From NCBI GenBank assembly GCA_030648645.1, contig JAUSHL010000018.1, forward strand, positions 2,225-66,224: 64,000 nt of DNA, given 5' to 3'. Made by a program: the position numbers and the translations under genes. Of the stretch, positions 55,094 to 64,000 are shown piece after piece; position 1 is the first letter of the stretch, and the number at the start of each line of letters is the position of its first letter. Origin of the DNA: Candidatus Daviesbacteria bacterium (lineage in GTDB: Bacteria > Patescibacteriota > Microgenomatia > Daviesbacterales > UBA10151). The notes beneath the pieces are model-generated. The model saw only the letters and a program-made list of their open reading frames with translations. It did no database searches and was not told the origin of the DNA.

Positions 55094-56825
55094 CTTCGTC
55101 GGGAAAATCTATCTTCCATCCTAACAGATTAAGTTGAGGATAGGAATTAATTTCTTTAATTTCCGTAAATTCTAAAAGATCTGCAAATAATTGATTATAA
55201 AAATTGGCAGTTACAGGAAAATCTTCGGCCAATCTTTGATGATTTGCAAATATTCTTCTGCTTTGAATTATAAAATAATCTGATTTTTCTAAATCTTCTT
55301 TTAATTTTTGTTGACTCAAAATATTTTCATCCAAATCATAAAAATTTAAAGATAGTCTTTTAAAATTTTCCGGAAGTGGAATATCAACCATGTTACCTTC
55401 TTCCAGAAAAACAGTTCCCGGAGTTAGATTTTGGGCAATCCAATTTGAAGCCTGAAGACGGACATCATTTTTTAAATAGATTGAGAAATAAGATAAGGTC
55501 CAAAGGATAGTAAGAATTAAGAATGAAGAATAAGCAAAGCTTGCGATCCGATGATCTTTAAGAATTAAGGAAAAATATTTATTAATTTTAAATTGAGAGA
55601 TTTTAAATAAAAGAAAGGCAGAAAAAATGGCAAAGAAAGGAAAAGTGGGGGAAATGAATCTGGTCCATTTGGCAAATAAAAAAGCATTGGATAAAAACAG
55701 AATTAAGAATGTAGAATTAAGAATTATGAATAAAAAGACAAGCGTCGTATTTTTGTCATTCCTGCGAAAGTCCTTCGATCCCGAGGGCCTCAGGACCGAG
55801 GGGCAGGAATCCAGATTATTGTATTCTGGATCCCGGGTTAAGCCCGGGATGACAGATAAAGGTGCGGGATGACAGTGACATTGACGAAAAATAGATAAGC
55901 ACATTGCTAGAAAACCTGCTATGCCAAAAACTAACAGAGCAGGGCCTAAAGCATATGGATAAATTTTTTCAAACTGAAATAAAACCGGAACAGTATTGAT
56001 AAATTGTCTGGTATAAAAAACCGGAATAGTGCCTATTGCCAGCGCGCTTTCATATTTAAAACTGGATAAAAAGCTGGAAAAATCTAAAAATAAATAGGGA
56101 TCAATTATAAATAAAGTAACTAAAATAATAAATAAACTTAGAATTATTCGGGAGATTATTTTTGGTATGGTCCGCCAGCTGGCGGATGGGGATGCAAGAA
56201 AAATTCCCAAAAGTATCGGCAGAAATAAAACAGCAGAGCTGATTTTAACTCCCAGTGCAAGTCCCAGAGAGGCAGAAGAAAGAATGAGGAATAAAGATTT
56301 TTTTTGTTTTACAAAATATAACAAAAAAGTTAAAGACAAAAAGATAAAAAATATTAAATTAGATTCCGGAGTTAAAAAATGAGCTTGTTGAATAAGCCCC
56401 GGAGTAAGGGCTACTAAAGCTGCTGCTAAAAGAGAGTATTTTTTATTAAAGAAAGTAAGGGAGATAAGGTAGATAAGGGGAATAGTGAGAGTGGAGAATA
56501 AAGCAGAATAAAATCTTCCAATTAAGAAAGGGGACAGGTTATAAGCAGAGCTTGCGATCTGTTGATCTAAGGTTACAAGTTGTAGTAATTGCTGAGTGAA
56601 GTAATTAAGATAGATAGAAAAAGTACCATAATTAAAAAAATGAGGGTTCATTTGATTGGGGAAACTTAATTGATTGGCAGAAATCACAATATAGTATTCA
56701 TCAGGGTGAGTAAATAGTCCCTGTCCCCAGTCTAATTTATAGAATCTCAGCACAGCACCGACAATCATGATTAAGGTTAAAGAAATAATTACCTTTTTGT
56801 TTTTCATAAAGTCTTTGATTATCAC
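55026..56825 (-). CDS. GT-C glycosyltransferase (family 39/83-like), second paralog, with an in-frame mini-repeat
   Basis: THPDEYYIV loop motif; repeat 55755-55873 encodes HCHPAPLSVIPGLTRDPEYNNLDSCPSVLRPSGSKDFRRNDKN. Confidence 0.6.
   Translation of the reverse strand: MIIKDFMKNKKVIISLTLIMIVGAVLRFYKLDWGQGLFTHPDEYYIVISANQLSFPNQMNPHFFNYGTFSIYLNYFTQQLLQLVTLDQQIASSAYNLSPFLIGRFYSALFSTLTIPLIYLISLTFFNKKYSLLAAALVALTPGLIQQAHFLTPESNLIFFIFLSLTFLLYFVKQKKSLFLILSSASLGLALGVKISSAVLFLPILLGIFLASPSASWRTIPKIISRIILSLFIILVTLFIIDPYLFLDFSSFLSSFKYESALAIGTIPVFYTRQFINTVPVLFQFEKIYPYALGPALLVFGIAGFLAMCLSIFRQCHCHPAPLSVIPGLTRDPEYNNLDSCPSVLRPSGSKDFRRNDKNTTLVFLFIILNSTFLILFLSNAFLFAKWTRFISPTFPFFAIFSAFLLFKISQFKINKYFSLILKDHRIASFAYSSFLILTILWTLSYFSIYLKNDVRLQASNWIAQNLTPGTVFLEEGNMVDIPLPENFKRLSLNFYDLDENILSQQKLKEDLEKSDYFIIQSRRIFANHQRLAEDFPVTANFYNQLFADLLEFTEIKEINSYPQLNLLGWKIDFPDEVAEETWSVFDHPVIRIFQKNVK
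55755..55873. repeat. GTCATTCCTGCGAAAG...GGGATGACAG...GGGATGACAG mini-repeat cluster inside the GT39 gene
   Basis: Family shared with 18117-18186 and 3088-3203. Confidence 0.8.
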
Positions 56826-56866
56826 AGATGGGAAGCAGATTTATGCGGATCTGTGCTAATCAGCTT

Positions 56867-58111
56867 CTAATCTGCGTTAATCTCCTCGGCTATTTTTTCA
56901 CCCATTTCAATAGCATAATTAGTTTCGCGGTCCCATGGATAAACCATTGCCATGTTGGCTAAATAAATATTTTTTAAGGGAGTTTTGAATTGGGGAATAA
57001 TTTTTTCAAAACCCACTTGCATAACAGGTTGAGCAAAGGGTTGGGTAAAGAGGTAGGGAGATGAGGGTAATTGGGGTGATAAGGGATATTGGGGGTTAAT
57101 TTTTTTAAGATAGGGGGTAAAAATCTTTAAAAGTTCTTGGGGTGATTTTTTTAAATATGGATGATCATTGGGTAAATAATTTCCAATATATAAAATATGT
57201 TGATTGCCATAATGTTTGGGATCCATAAAATTAGTATGTTCTGCTAAAACTAAAAAAGGAAAACCCGGATCATTAATATTTAACCAGTATGATTCTTTCA
57301 AAAAAGGTTTTTTCAAAATCAAAATTAAAACCTGAGCTGATAAGTGAGGAATAGAAGATAATTGTTGGACATATTTTTTAGGAAGATTTGGAGTATTTTT
57401 TAAAAAAACCGGCAGAGGTAAAGTTACAATAGTTTTATCAAATTTACGACTTAAGTCTTCAATATTTTTAACTTCTGTATTTAGTAAAATTTCACCACCA
57501 AGACTGATAATTTTGGTAGATATTTTATTGGCAAACTCCTGGAACCCGCCTGCCGGATAACAAAGAGTTGGAGTTCTTTTTTTAACTCTCCCCCAAAACC
57601 ATGTTAAGGAAATGTCTTCTTTAAATTCACCAAACTTTCCGGTAAATAAAGGTTCCCAAATTAATTTGGCAGATTTTTTACCCATATATTTTCTAATCCA
57701 GGGCAGGGCATATGTCCCCTCTAATTTTTGATAATTTTTTAATAATTTTAAATAACCTAAAGCAAGTCCGGTTCGTAATTTATCAATTGGAGAAAGATAA
57801 GGAAAAGTCATCAAAGACCTCGGATCGTCGAGGGGCAAAATTTGTCCATTAATATATGTATCAGTTTGAGGTTTTTGAAAAATAATCTTCTGATTTAATT
57901 CTTGTGCGAGTGACAAGGCAGAATTATCACTGGTAAAAATATGATGATATGATTTTTCCAAGGTCCAATCCCAATTTGGATTTTTAAATCCACCAGCTAA
58001 TCCTCCAGCTGTTGAATCTTTTTCAAATAAAGTGACTTGGTGTCCCATTTGTAAAAGTCGGAGAGAAGCAGTTAAACCGGTAAAACCTGCACCCAAAACA
58101 GCAATTCTCAT
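56867..58111 (-). CDS. FAD/NAD(P)-binding oxidoreductase (amine-oxidase/PPOX-like fold)
   Basis: MRIAVLGAGFTGLTAS dinucleotide-binding motif. Confidence 0.6.
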   Translation of the reverse strand: MRIAVLGAGFTGLTASLRLLQMGHQVTLFEKDSTAGGLAGGFKNPNWDWTLEKSYHHIFTSDNSALSLAQELNQKIIFQKPQTDTYINGQILPLDDPRSLMTFPYLSPIDKLRTGLALGYLKLLKNYQKLEGTYALPWIRKYMGKKSAKLIWEPLFTGKFGEFKEDISLTWFWGRVKKRTPTLCYPAGGFQEFANKISTKIISLGGEILLNTEVKNIEDLSRKFDKTIVTLPLPVFLKNTPNLPKKYVQQLSSIPHLSAQVLILILKKPFLKESYWLNINDPGFPFLVLAEHTNFMDPKHYGNQHILYIGNYLPNDHPYLKKSPQELLKIFTPYLKKINPQYPLSPQLPSSPYLFTQPFAQPVMQVGFEKIIPQFKTPLKNIYLANMAMVYPWDRETNYAIEMGEKIAEEINAD

Positions 58112-58121
58112 TAGGATATTT

Positions 58122-58183
58122 TATACCCAAAATACTTTCACTACAACGTTCAATCAATATTTTGGGTTCAAGCTATTTAGCGA
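58122..58183. repeat. 65-nt hairpin element, copy A
   Basis: TATACCCAAAATACTTTCACTACAACGTTCAATCAATATTTTGGGTTCAAGCTATTTAGCGAG. Confidence 0.7.
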
Positions 58184-58232
58184 GTTTTATACATACGAGA
58201 TAAATTTGCTTACATTAAAAAGCGTACTTATT

Positions 58233-58868
58233 CTATACAAAACAAACTAATCTACTGGGGGAAATAAATTCCTTCTCAACTAAAATTGCGCTATTACCAC
58301 GAAAACAAGATTGAGTTAATAATTTTTTCAAATTTTCATAAAGATTTATTGCTTCAGTTCTATCAAGTAACAACATGGGAACCTTTTCTCCTGTGAGAGG
58401 AGAGCTACCTCTGATGGCAAAAGATAGTTTTAAACCTTCACTGCCAGATGGGAATGGATGTTCAATTTTTTCAGGATCACCATTATTTAGTACAATATCT
58501 GGTTCTGAAATAATTCTAGCTGGGGGATAATTGTCAGGATTAAAATTTCTTTCCTGATGAGGGATTTCCTGTAGAATAATTGTATTATAAATACTGATTA
58601 TGGATGGTATCTGTAACATTAAGTGTTTAGCATCATCAACGCTTAAAACTGCTGCTAAACGTCTTGTAATTGGATCCTCAGGAAAACCTCTACTATAAAT
58701 TTCTACTTCTTTATCTAAGATATCAATTTCTTTTCTACCACCATTAAAAACTGTAATTCCATAAGTATTTTGAGGGAGAGGGTGCTCGAAGAATCTTTCC
58801 GATAATTGAACCGGCCCATTGACCGAAGTGTTAATAATAATCCGAGGTTTTATCTCGAGACTTATCAT
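58233..58868 (-). CDS. hypothetical protein
   Basis: ORF opens at 58889 with TTG; first ATG at 58868. Confidence 0.4.
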   Translation of the reverse strand: MISLEIKPRIIINTSVNGPVQLSERFFEHPLPQNTYGITVFNGGRKEIDILDKEVEIYSRGFPEDPITRRLAAVLSVDDAKHLMLQIPSIISIYNTIILQEIPHQERNFNPDNYPPARIISEPDIVLNNGDPEKIEHPFPSGSEGLKLSFAIRGSSPLTGEKVPMLLLDRTEAINLYENLKKLLTQSCFRGNSAILVEKEFISPSRLVCFV

Positions 58869-58880
58869 CTTGAGTAATAT

Positions 58881-58944
58881 TATACCCAAAATATTCTAGT
58901 TTGCAACTTTTGAACAAAATTTTGGGTTCAAACCATTTGACGAG
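58881..58944. repeat. 65-nt hairpin element, copy B
   Basis: TATACCCAAAATATTCTAGTTTGCAACTTTTGAACAAAATTTTGGGTTCAAACCATTTGACGAG. Confidence 0.7.
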
Positions 58945-58998
58945 ACCATTAGTTAGTAGTCGAGTTAAATTGGTTTATAAATATCTATGGGATATTTG

Positions 58999-60018
58999 TC
59001 AAAGATTTCTTTTCAAACGCCTCATTGTTTCTAATAAATAGATAGGTAGATAGCGCCAAAATTTAATTGAATAATCCTGAGCATGAACAAAATTTACTCT
59101 TTTGCCACCAAAACCTTTTTTAAATAAACTTAGTCCATACCATGGATGTTTAGGATCATCTGTTGGAGCAATTCCCCAGAAATTATAAAATGTACAACCT
59201 CTTTGTTTAGCTTCTTTGATGGCTTCCCATTGTGCTAGATAGGAAACAGTTTCTCTGCCCGTTGGGTTAGTTGCTCCCTGGTGATAGAAAGCTCCTTTAC
59301 CATAAAAAATAACCATTAAAGCTGCCACAATTTTATTATCATGTTTTTCTAAAAAAAGCATTACTTGATTATTTTTAGAAAAAGCAAGAAATTCTTCCAT
59401 GATATATTTATCAGAAAAAGGTATAAAGTTAGTGCGGCTTACTGTTTGGTGATAAAGTTTGAGAAAAATCTTCAAGTCTTTAAAATCATTGCTTTTGATA
59501 ACTGTGTACTCTCGTTTTTGTGCTTGGCGGATTTCATAACGAGTAGTTTTTCTCATTTCTGATAAAAGCTGATCTTCAGATTTGTCAACCAGATCCAAAA
59601 TCCAAGAGGATTCTGCACTCATATGAATTGGAGCATTTCTAAACCCATTTTTTTTGAACATAATTTGTGTTTTATTATCTTCTGCAAGGGCAGGGCTAAC
59701 TCTTACAAAAACAACTTTTTCTTCTAATCCTTTTTGTATAAAAAATTTTAAGAAAAAATTCCAATAATTTATTTTATCTGATTTAAAAAGAGGGCCATGT
59801 GGGCAAAAAAGAAAAGTTCCTCTTTTGGCAAATACTTTAATAATTAAAGTCACTCCTACTAATTTATTATCTTCAAAAAAACCATACTTTTCAGATTGGT
59901 CACCAATATTTTTATTAAAATCAGCCCACTCAAAAGAATGAAAAAAAGTATGAATTGAAACATGACTTACAAATTCATCCCAAATTTTTTTGTCTTCTAT
60001 TAGTTTAACTTTTAGCAT
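58999..60018 (-). CDS. FemAB-family (peptidoglycan bridge aminoacyltransferase-like) protein
   Basis: FemAB/GNAT-like fold pattern (FHSFEWADF... and YHQGATNP... segments). Confidence 0.6.
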   Translation of the reverse strand: MLKVKLIEDKKIWDEFVSHVSIHTFFHSFEWADFNKNIGDQSEKYGFFEDNKLVGVTLIIKVFAKRGTFLFCPHGPLFKSDKINYWNFFLKFFIQKGLEEKVVFVRVSPALAEDNKTQIMFKKNGFRNAPIHMSAESSWILDLVDKSEDQLLSEMRKTTRYEIRQAQKREYTVIKSNDFKDLKIFLKLYHQTVSRTNFIPFSDKYIMEEFLAFSKNNQVMLFLEKHDNKIVAALMVIFYGKGAFYHQGATNPTGRETVSYLAQWEAIKEAKQRGCTFYNFWGIAPTDDPKHPWYGLSLFKKGFGGKRVNFVHAQDYSIKFWRYLPIYLLETMRRLKRNL

Positions 60019-61243
60019 AATATTTATTTAAAACAGCAACCACTTTTTCAATATCTTTCTTAGAAAGATTGGGATTGACAGGTAAGTTTAATGATTCTTT
60101 AGCTACTTCTTCTGCAACTTTACAACTATTAATTTTATAGCCAACAGCATTAAAATCTGTGCCTTTTGGAGCAACTGGCTGGTCATACCAAGTATCAAGA
60201 TAAATTCCAAATTTTTGAGCAAAAATTTTAATTTTATCTCTTTCGTTTGTTTTGATAGTAAAGCGAAGTAGGGGATAATTAAAAGCAGGATTAGCAATAG
60301 GAAGATCACGTAATTCTTCCTGGTAATATTTATTAAAATTTAATCTTTTCACATTAAAAATATCTAATCTTTCAAATTGAGACAACGCTAATCTTGCAAG
60401 AGATGCCGGCATTTTTTTGGGGAAATATTCTGGTTTGCCACCTTTTTTTTCAAGTTCAATAACTGCCTTTGATAAAAGTTTTAACTTTTTGCTTAAAAGA
60501 TGAATTATTTTACCAAAGTTAAAAAATCCATAAGTTTGGACAATAACAAAAATTAATGGATTATAAAATAATTGCTCAATAATCCATTTTTTAGAAGGAA
60601 ATTCTAATTTTTCTTGATATTGCTTTATTCTTTCAGCCAATATTTTATTTTGAGTAATCACCATGCCTCCATAAACTGAAGACATCATCTTATCTCTGCC
60701 GAAACTGAAAAAAGCTGCATCAGAAAATTTGCCTAAATATTCATTATCATGTTTTACCCCTGTTGCATGAGCGCAATCTTCAATAATAAATAATTTATAT
60801 TTATTCGCAATTTTAACAATTTCTTTGATAGGCGCCGGAATACCAAAAGTATGTTGAATAATGACTGCTTTGGTATTTTTAGTAATTTTTTTCTCCAAAT
60901 CTCTTGGGTCAAGATTAAAATTACTTTCATCTATATCTATAAAAATAGGTTTATAACCTGACCATAAAATAGCATCAGGTACAGCAACACAAGTATAAGC
61001 CTGAATTGCTATTTCATCATCATTTTGAAGTCCTAATGATTTTAAGATAGCCATCAAAGATGTTCGACCACTATTAAAAGAAATTGCTTCTGTTCCAAAT
61101 TTCTGAGAGAATTTTTCTTCAAGATTTTTAATTTCTATTCCATTTTTTTTAGGATTAAATAGAAGTTTAATGGAAAGTAAAACATCCTCCCAAAAAATAT
61201 TTGGTCCTAAATCACAAGCAATGATTTTAAAAGGATTTTTCAT
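60005..61243 (-). CDS. DegT/DnrJ/EryC1/StrS-family PLP-dependent sugar aminotransferase
   Basis: Fold-type I aminotransferase pattern with Lys in the FGRDKMMSS segment. Confidence 0.7.
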   Translation of the reverse strand: MKNPFKIIACDLGPNIFWEDVLLSIKLLFNPKKNGIEIKNLEEKFSQKFGTEAISFNSGRTSLMAILKSLGLQNDDEIAIQAYTCVAVPDAILWSGYKPIFIDIDESNFNLDPRDLEKKITKNTKAVIIQHTFGIPAPIKEIVKIANKYKLFIIEDCAHATGVKHDNEYLGKFSDAAFFSFGRDKMMSSVYGGMVITQNKILAERIKQYQEKLEFPSKKWIIEQLFYNPLIFVIVQTYGFFNFGKIIHLLSKKLKLLSKAVIELEKKGGKPEYFPKKMPASLARLALSQFERLDIFNVKRLNFNKYYQEELRDLPIANPAFNYPLLRFTIKTNERDKIKIFAQKFGIYLDTWYDQPVAPKGTDFNAVGYKINSCKVAEEVAKESLNLPVNPNLSKKDIEKVVAVLNKYYAKS

Positions 61244-62814
61244 TTTATAATTTCCAACACTTTTTCGGCATTTCTTCCTTCAAATAAAATAACTGAATCT
61301 GAGGAATTAAAATTTATAAGAAAGTTAGCGGCTTCCTTAGGAGATTTATAAAATTTAATTTGTTCTTCTACTTTATTTGTCTTTATAAAATCCTGGATTA
61401 TATCTATAAAATCCATACCTACCCAGATTATTTTATCAACTTTTTCCAAAGCATATCTTAAAATTTCTTGATGAATAGTTGTGGTTTGATTACCTAATTC
61501 AATTATAGGGGAGAGAACAATAATTTTATTAGATTTTTGATAATTTTTTAATGTATCTAATGCCATTTTTATCCCTTCAGAATTGATATTATAAGTATCA
61601 TCAATCAAAGTAGCTCCCTTTATAGAAAATACAAGTTCCATAGTTGCTTTTATTCCTTTTAAAGAAGTAGTTTTTTGAATTAGATTTTGCAATGGTATAT
61701 TTAATTCTTTTCCTACGGCTATTGCAGTTAATATATTTGCTACATTTTGTTTGCCGATTATTTTTGCAACAATATTAAATTTTTGATTATCAAAATGAAA
61801 TATAAATTTTAAACTATCTGGAGTAGCAATAATAGCGTCAGCATAAATATCAGTCTTTTTATTTATTGAAAAAAATATTTTTTTCAAATTGTATTTTGGA
61901 GCAATTTTATTAATTTGCACATCATCTTTATTTAAAATTATTATTCCTTGATTCTTTTCCAGATAATCAACAAGTTCAAATTTTGCCTTAGTAATATTTT
62001 CCTGTGATCCAAAAAGAGCTAAATGTTGATTAGAAATAGCAGTTAAAACTCCAATTTGCGGTTTAGTTAATTTACAAAGTGAGGTAATTTCTCCAATACG
62101 ATAGGCACCCATTTCAACCACAAAAACTTCAGTTTTTGGTGTCAATTTCTGAATAATAAATTGAGCAACTCCAATTTCAGTATTTACATGTGCAGGGGTA
62201 ACTAGAACTCTATATTTAGAAGAAATAAGTTGACCAATAAATTCTTTAGTTGTTGTCTTACCATAACTTCCGGTTACTCCTATAACTATTAATTTCTCCA
62301 TAGAAGAGATTTTTTTAGAGGCTTTGGAAATCAAATTTTGCTTATGAAACCCAACTAATTTGCCTATAAATAAAACTGAAAATCCCACAAGTAATGGAGA
62401 AATTAAATCTAAAATTATTAAAGTAATCAAATAATCTTTTTGTAATACTGAAAAAAAACTAAATCCGATTATTAAAAAAAATAAAATTAAGAAAGTAAAT
62501 GTTTCTTTCATACGCAGAGTCCATTTGGGAAAAATGGCGGAGTTTCTGAATATTATTTTTAGTACAAGTACTCCATAAAACACAATAAAAACTAGTGTTC
62601 CCATAAGAGGAAAAATTATCAGAGATATAAGAACAAATAATTTAACAATATTGAGTTTACTAAAAAGTAATTGTTTGCCAATATCAGTACTGAGAAAATC
62701 TTTAAATCTATCCAAACGGTATTCCTTAATTTGCCACCAATAAAGTTGTAAAAAAATATTAGTAATAAATCCCAATATCCAAAGCAAGAAAAATAAGAAT
62801 AATAAATTATTCAT
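61240..62814 (-). CDS. Mur ligase family protein (MurF-like) with ~170 aa N-terminal membrane domain
   Basis: GVTGSYGKTTTKE P-loop typical of Mur ligases; four or five N-terminal TM helices. Confidence 0.65.
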   Translation of the reverse strand: MNNLLFLFFLLWILGFITNIFLQLYWWQIKEYRLDRFKDFLSTDIGKQLLFSKLNIVKLFVLISLIIFPLMGTLVFIVFYGVLVLKIIFRNSAIFPKWTLRMKETFTFLILFFLIIGFSFFSVLQKDYLITLIILDLISPLLVGFSVLFIGKLVGFHKQNLISKASKKISSMEKLIVIGVTGSYGKTTTKEFIGQLISSKYRVLVTPAHVNTEIGVAQFIIQKLTPKTEVFVVEMGAYRIGEITSLCKLTKPQIGVLTAISNQHLALFGSQENITKAKFELVDYLEKNQGIIILNKDDVQINKIAPKYNLKKIFFSINKKTDIYADAIIATPDSLKFIFHFDNQKFNIVAKIIGKQNVANILTAIAVGKELNIPLQNLIQKTTSLKGIKATMELVFSIKGATLIDDTYNINSEGIKMALDTLKNYQKSNKIIVLSPIIELGNQTTTIHQEILRYALEKVDKIIWVGMDFIDIIQDFIKTNKVEEQIKFYKSPKEAANFLINFNSSDSVILFEGRNAEKVLEIIK

Positions 62815-63521
62815 TTGATAAATTCCTTAATTTCTTTCGCTACATCTTCAGGGTTAGATAGAGGTAGACCATGACGTAGGTTTGAGAATATTTTAAGTTT
62901 TGATCCTTTAATATTTTGATGAATTATTTTGGCTTGCCATACAGGAGTATAAGAATCTTTTTCTCCCCATAAAATTAAAGTTGGAGTGTAAATTTGTTGA
63001 AGACAAGGGAATAAATCTTCCTGTAAAATTTTATTCATAATTTGTTTCATTTTTGGTGAAGCTTTCTGATAATCAGAATGTCTGAAAATGATTTTTAAGA
63101 ACGAAGAAAGTCCCGGTGATTTTATGAATTTAGATATTTTGATTAGAACTTTGGTTGATATAGTTTTTCTTCTAATAACTGCTGCATCACAAAGAATTAA
63201 AGTTTTAACTTTATCCGGATAATCCAGTACCATTTGAGTAGCAACTTGTCCTCCAAAAGAATGACCAAAAAGATGAAATTCTTTTAAACCCAAATCCTGA
63301 GTTATTTGAATTATTTCTTGAGCATAATCTTTAATTCCGTAAATTGTTTCAGGTTCCGGAGAATTCCCAAAACCCGGTAGATCTAATGTTATAGCTTGAA
63401 AATTTTTAGAGAGTTGTATTTGTAAATTTTCTAAAGATTTAGATGATCCCCCCCAACCATGAAGTAAGATAATTGGTTCCCCTAAACCTTGAACATGATA
63501 TTGGATTGTAGATTTTGACAT
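62811..63521 (-). CDS. alpha/beta-fold hydrolase
   Basis: HGWGG oxyanion region and GHSFGG nucleophile elbow. Confidence 0.7.
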   Translation of the reverse strand: MSKSTIQYHVQGLGEPIILLHGWGGSSKSLENLQIQLSKNFQAITLDLPGFGNSPEPETIYGIKDYAQEIIQITQDLGLKEFHLFGHSFGGQVATQMVLDYPDKVKTLILCDAAVIRRKTISTKVLIKISKFIKSPGLSSFLKIIFRHSDYQKASPKMKQIMNKILQEDLFPCLQQIYTPTLILWGEKDSYTPVWQAKIIHQNIKGSKLKIFSNLRHGLPLSNPEDVAKEIKEFIK

Positions 63522-63565
63522 GTTGATGTTGTAATTTTACCATGATTTTTGATAGAATTGTGGGC

Positions 63566-64000
63566 ATGAATGTACCTTCACACATAGCTATTATTATGGA
63601 TGGGAACCGTCGGTGGGCCAGACAAAGAGGTTTACCGGAAGGCAGAGGACATGAAGCTGGGACAGTGGCTTTAGAAAAAGTTGTGGAAGAGGCAGTGAAA
63701 TTGGGTATTAAAACCATCACTGTTTATGCGCTCTCTACCGAAAATATAAAAGAGAGAGCAAAACGGGAAGTGATGGGACTTTTTAGTTTAATGAGGTCAA
63801 GCTATCATACTAAACTAAAAAAAATGATGGCAAATGGAGTGAAGATTTCTATCTTGGGTGAGCTAAATGGACTCCCCGGATCAATAAAGAGGTTAATTGA
63901 ACAATTAAAAAAAACTTATATTAAAAATGAATCAATCAAATTAAATATTGCCCTAAATTATGGAGGTAAAAAAGAAATTGTTGAGGCAATTAAAAATTTA
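63566..64000 (+). CDS. uppS: undecaprenyl diphosphate synthase (partial, runs off the window)
   Basis: HIAIIMDGNRRWA signature. Confidence 0.8.
   Translation, partial: MNVPSHIAIIMDGNRRWARQRGLPEGRGHEAGTVALEKVVEEAVKLGIKTITVYALSTENIKERAKREVMGLFSLMRSSYHTKLKKMMANGVKISILGELNGLPGSIKRLIEQLKKTYIKNESIKLNIALNYGGKKEIVEAIKNL

Noticed and set aside
63439-63720. 93-aa minus-strand ORF
   Set aside because: It overlaps the alpha/beta hydrolase start and the uppS start, and is antisense to the conserved UppS N-terminus.

Overview
This 64 kb window is AT-rich with short intergenic spacers. The gene content looks like a small-genome bacterium of the CPR/Patescibacteria type; this is inferred from gene content only. 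Housekeeping genes present include tRNA-Trp, trpS, ftsH, polA, mutM, recF, an ATP-dependent DNA ligase, family-4 UDG, pth, ispH/ispG, a class II RNR-like reductase, polyprenyl synthase, an ECF sigma factor and uppS. There is also a cell-envelope glycan cluster with two GT39-like transferases, a YYY membrane protein, a DegT aminotransferase, FemAB and a Mur ligase. Type II toxin-antitoxin pairs are dense: three VapBC, HicBA, HigBA, a DUF4258/DUF2283 pair, a Phd-like antitoxin followed by a truncated RelE, and BrnA-like and RHH orphans. Four things stand out. (1) At least seven families of short hairpin or tandem mini-repeats are scattered through the window, and many are inserted in frame inside essential genes (polA, mutM, ligase, recF, GT4, GT39). 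(2) Three paralogous wHTH plus Cas2/PaaX-like proteins are each bracketed on both sides by their own spaced inverted-repeat element. (3) The 3' end of the DNA ligase gene is present three times in diverged copies that separate small gene cassettes, suggesting an integration hotspot. (4) polA carries a full-size intein with a LAGLIDADG homing endonuclease. No CRISPR array, rRNA or recognisable integrase or transposase was seen.
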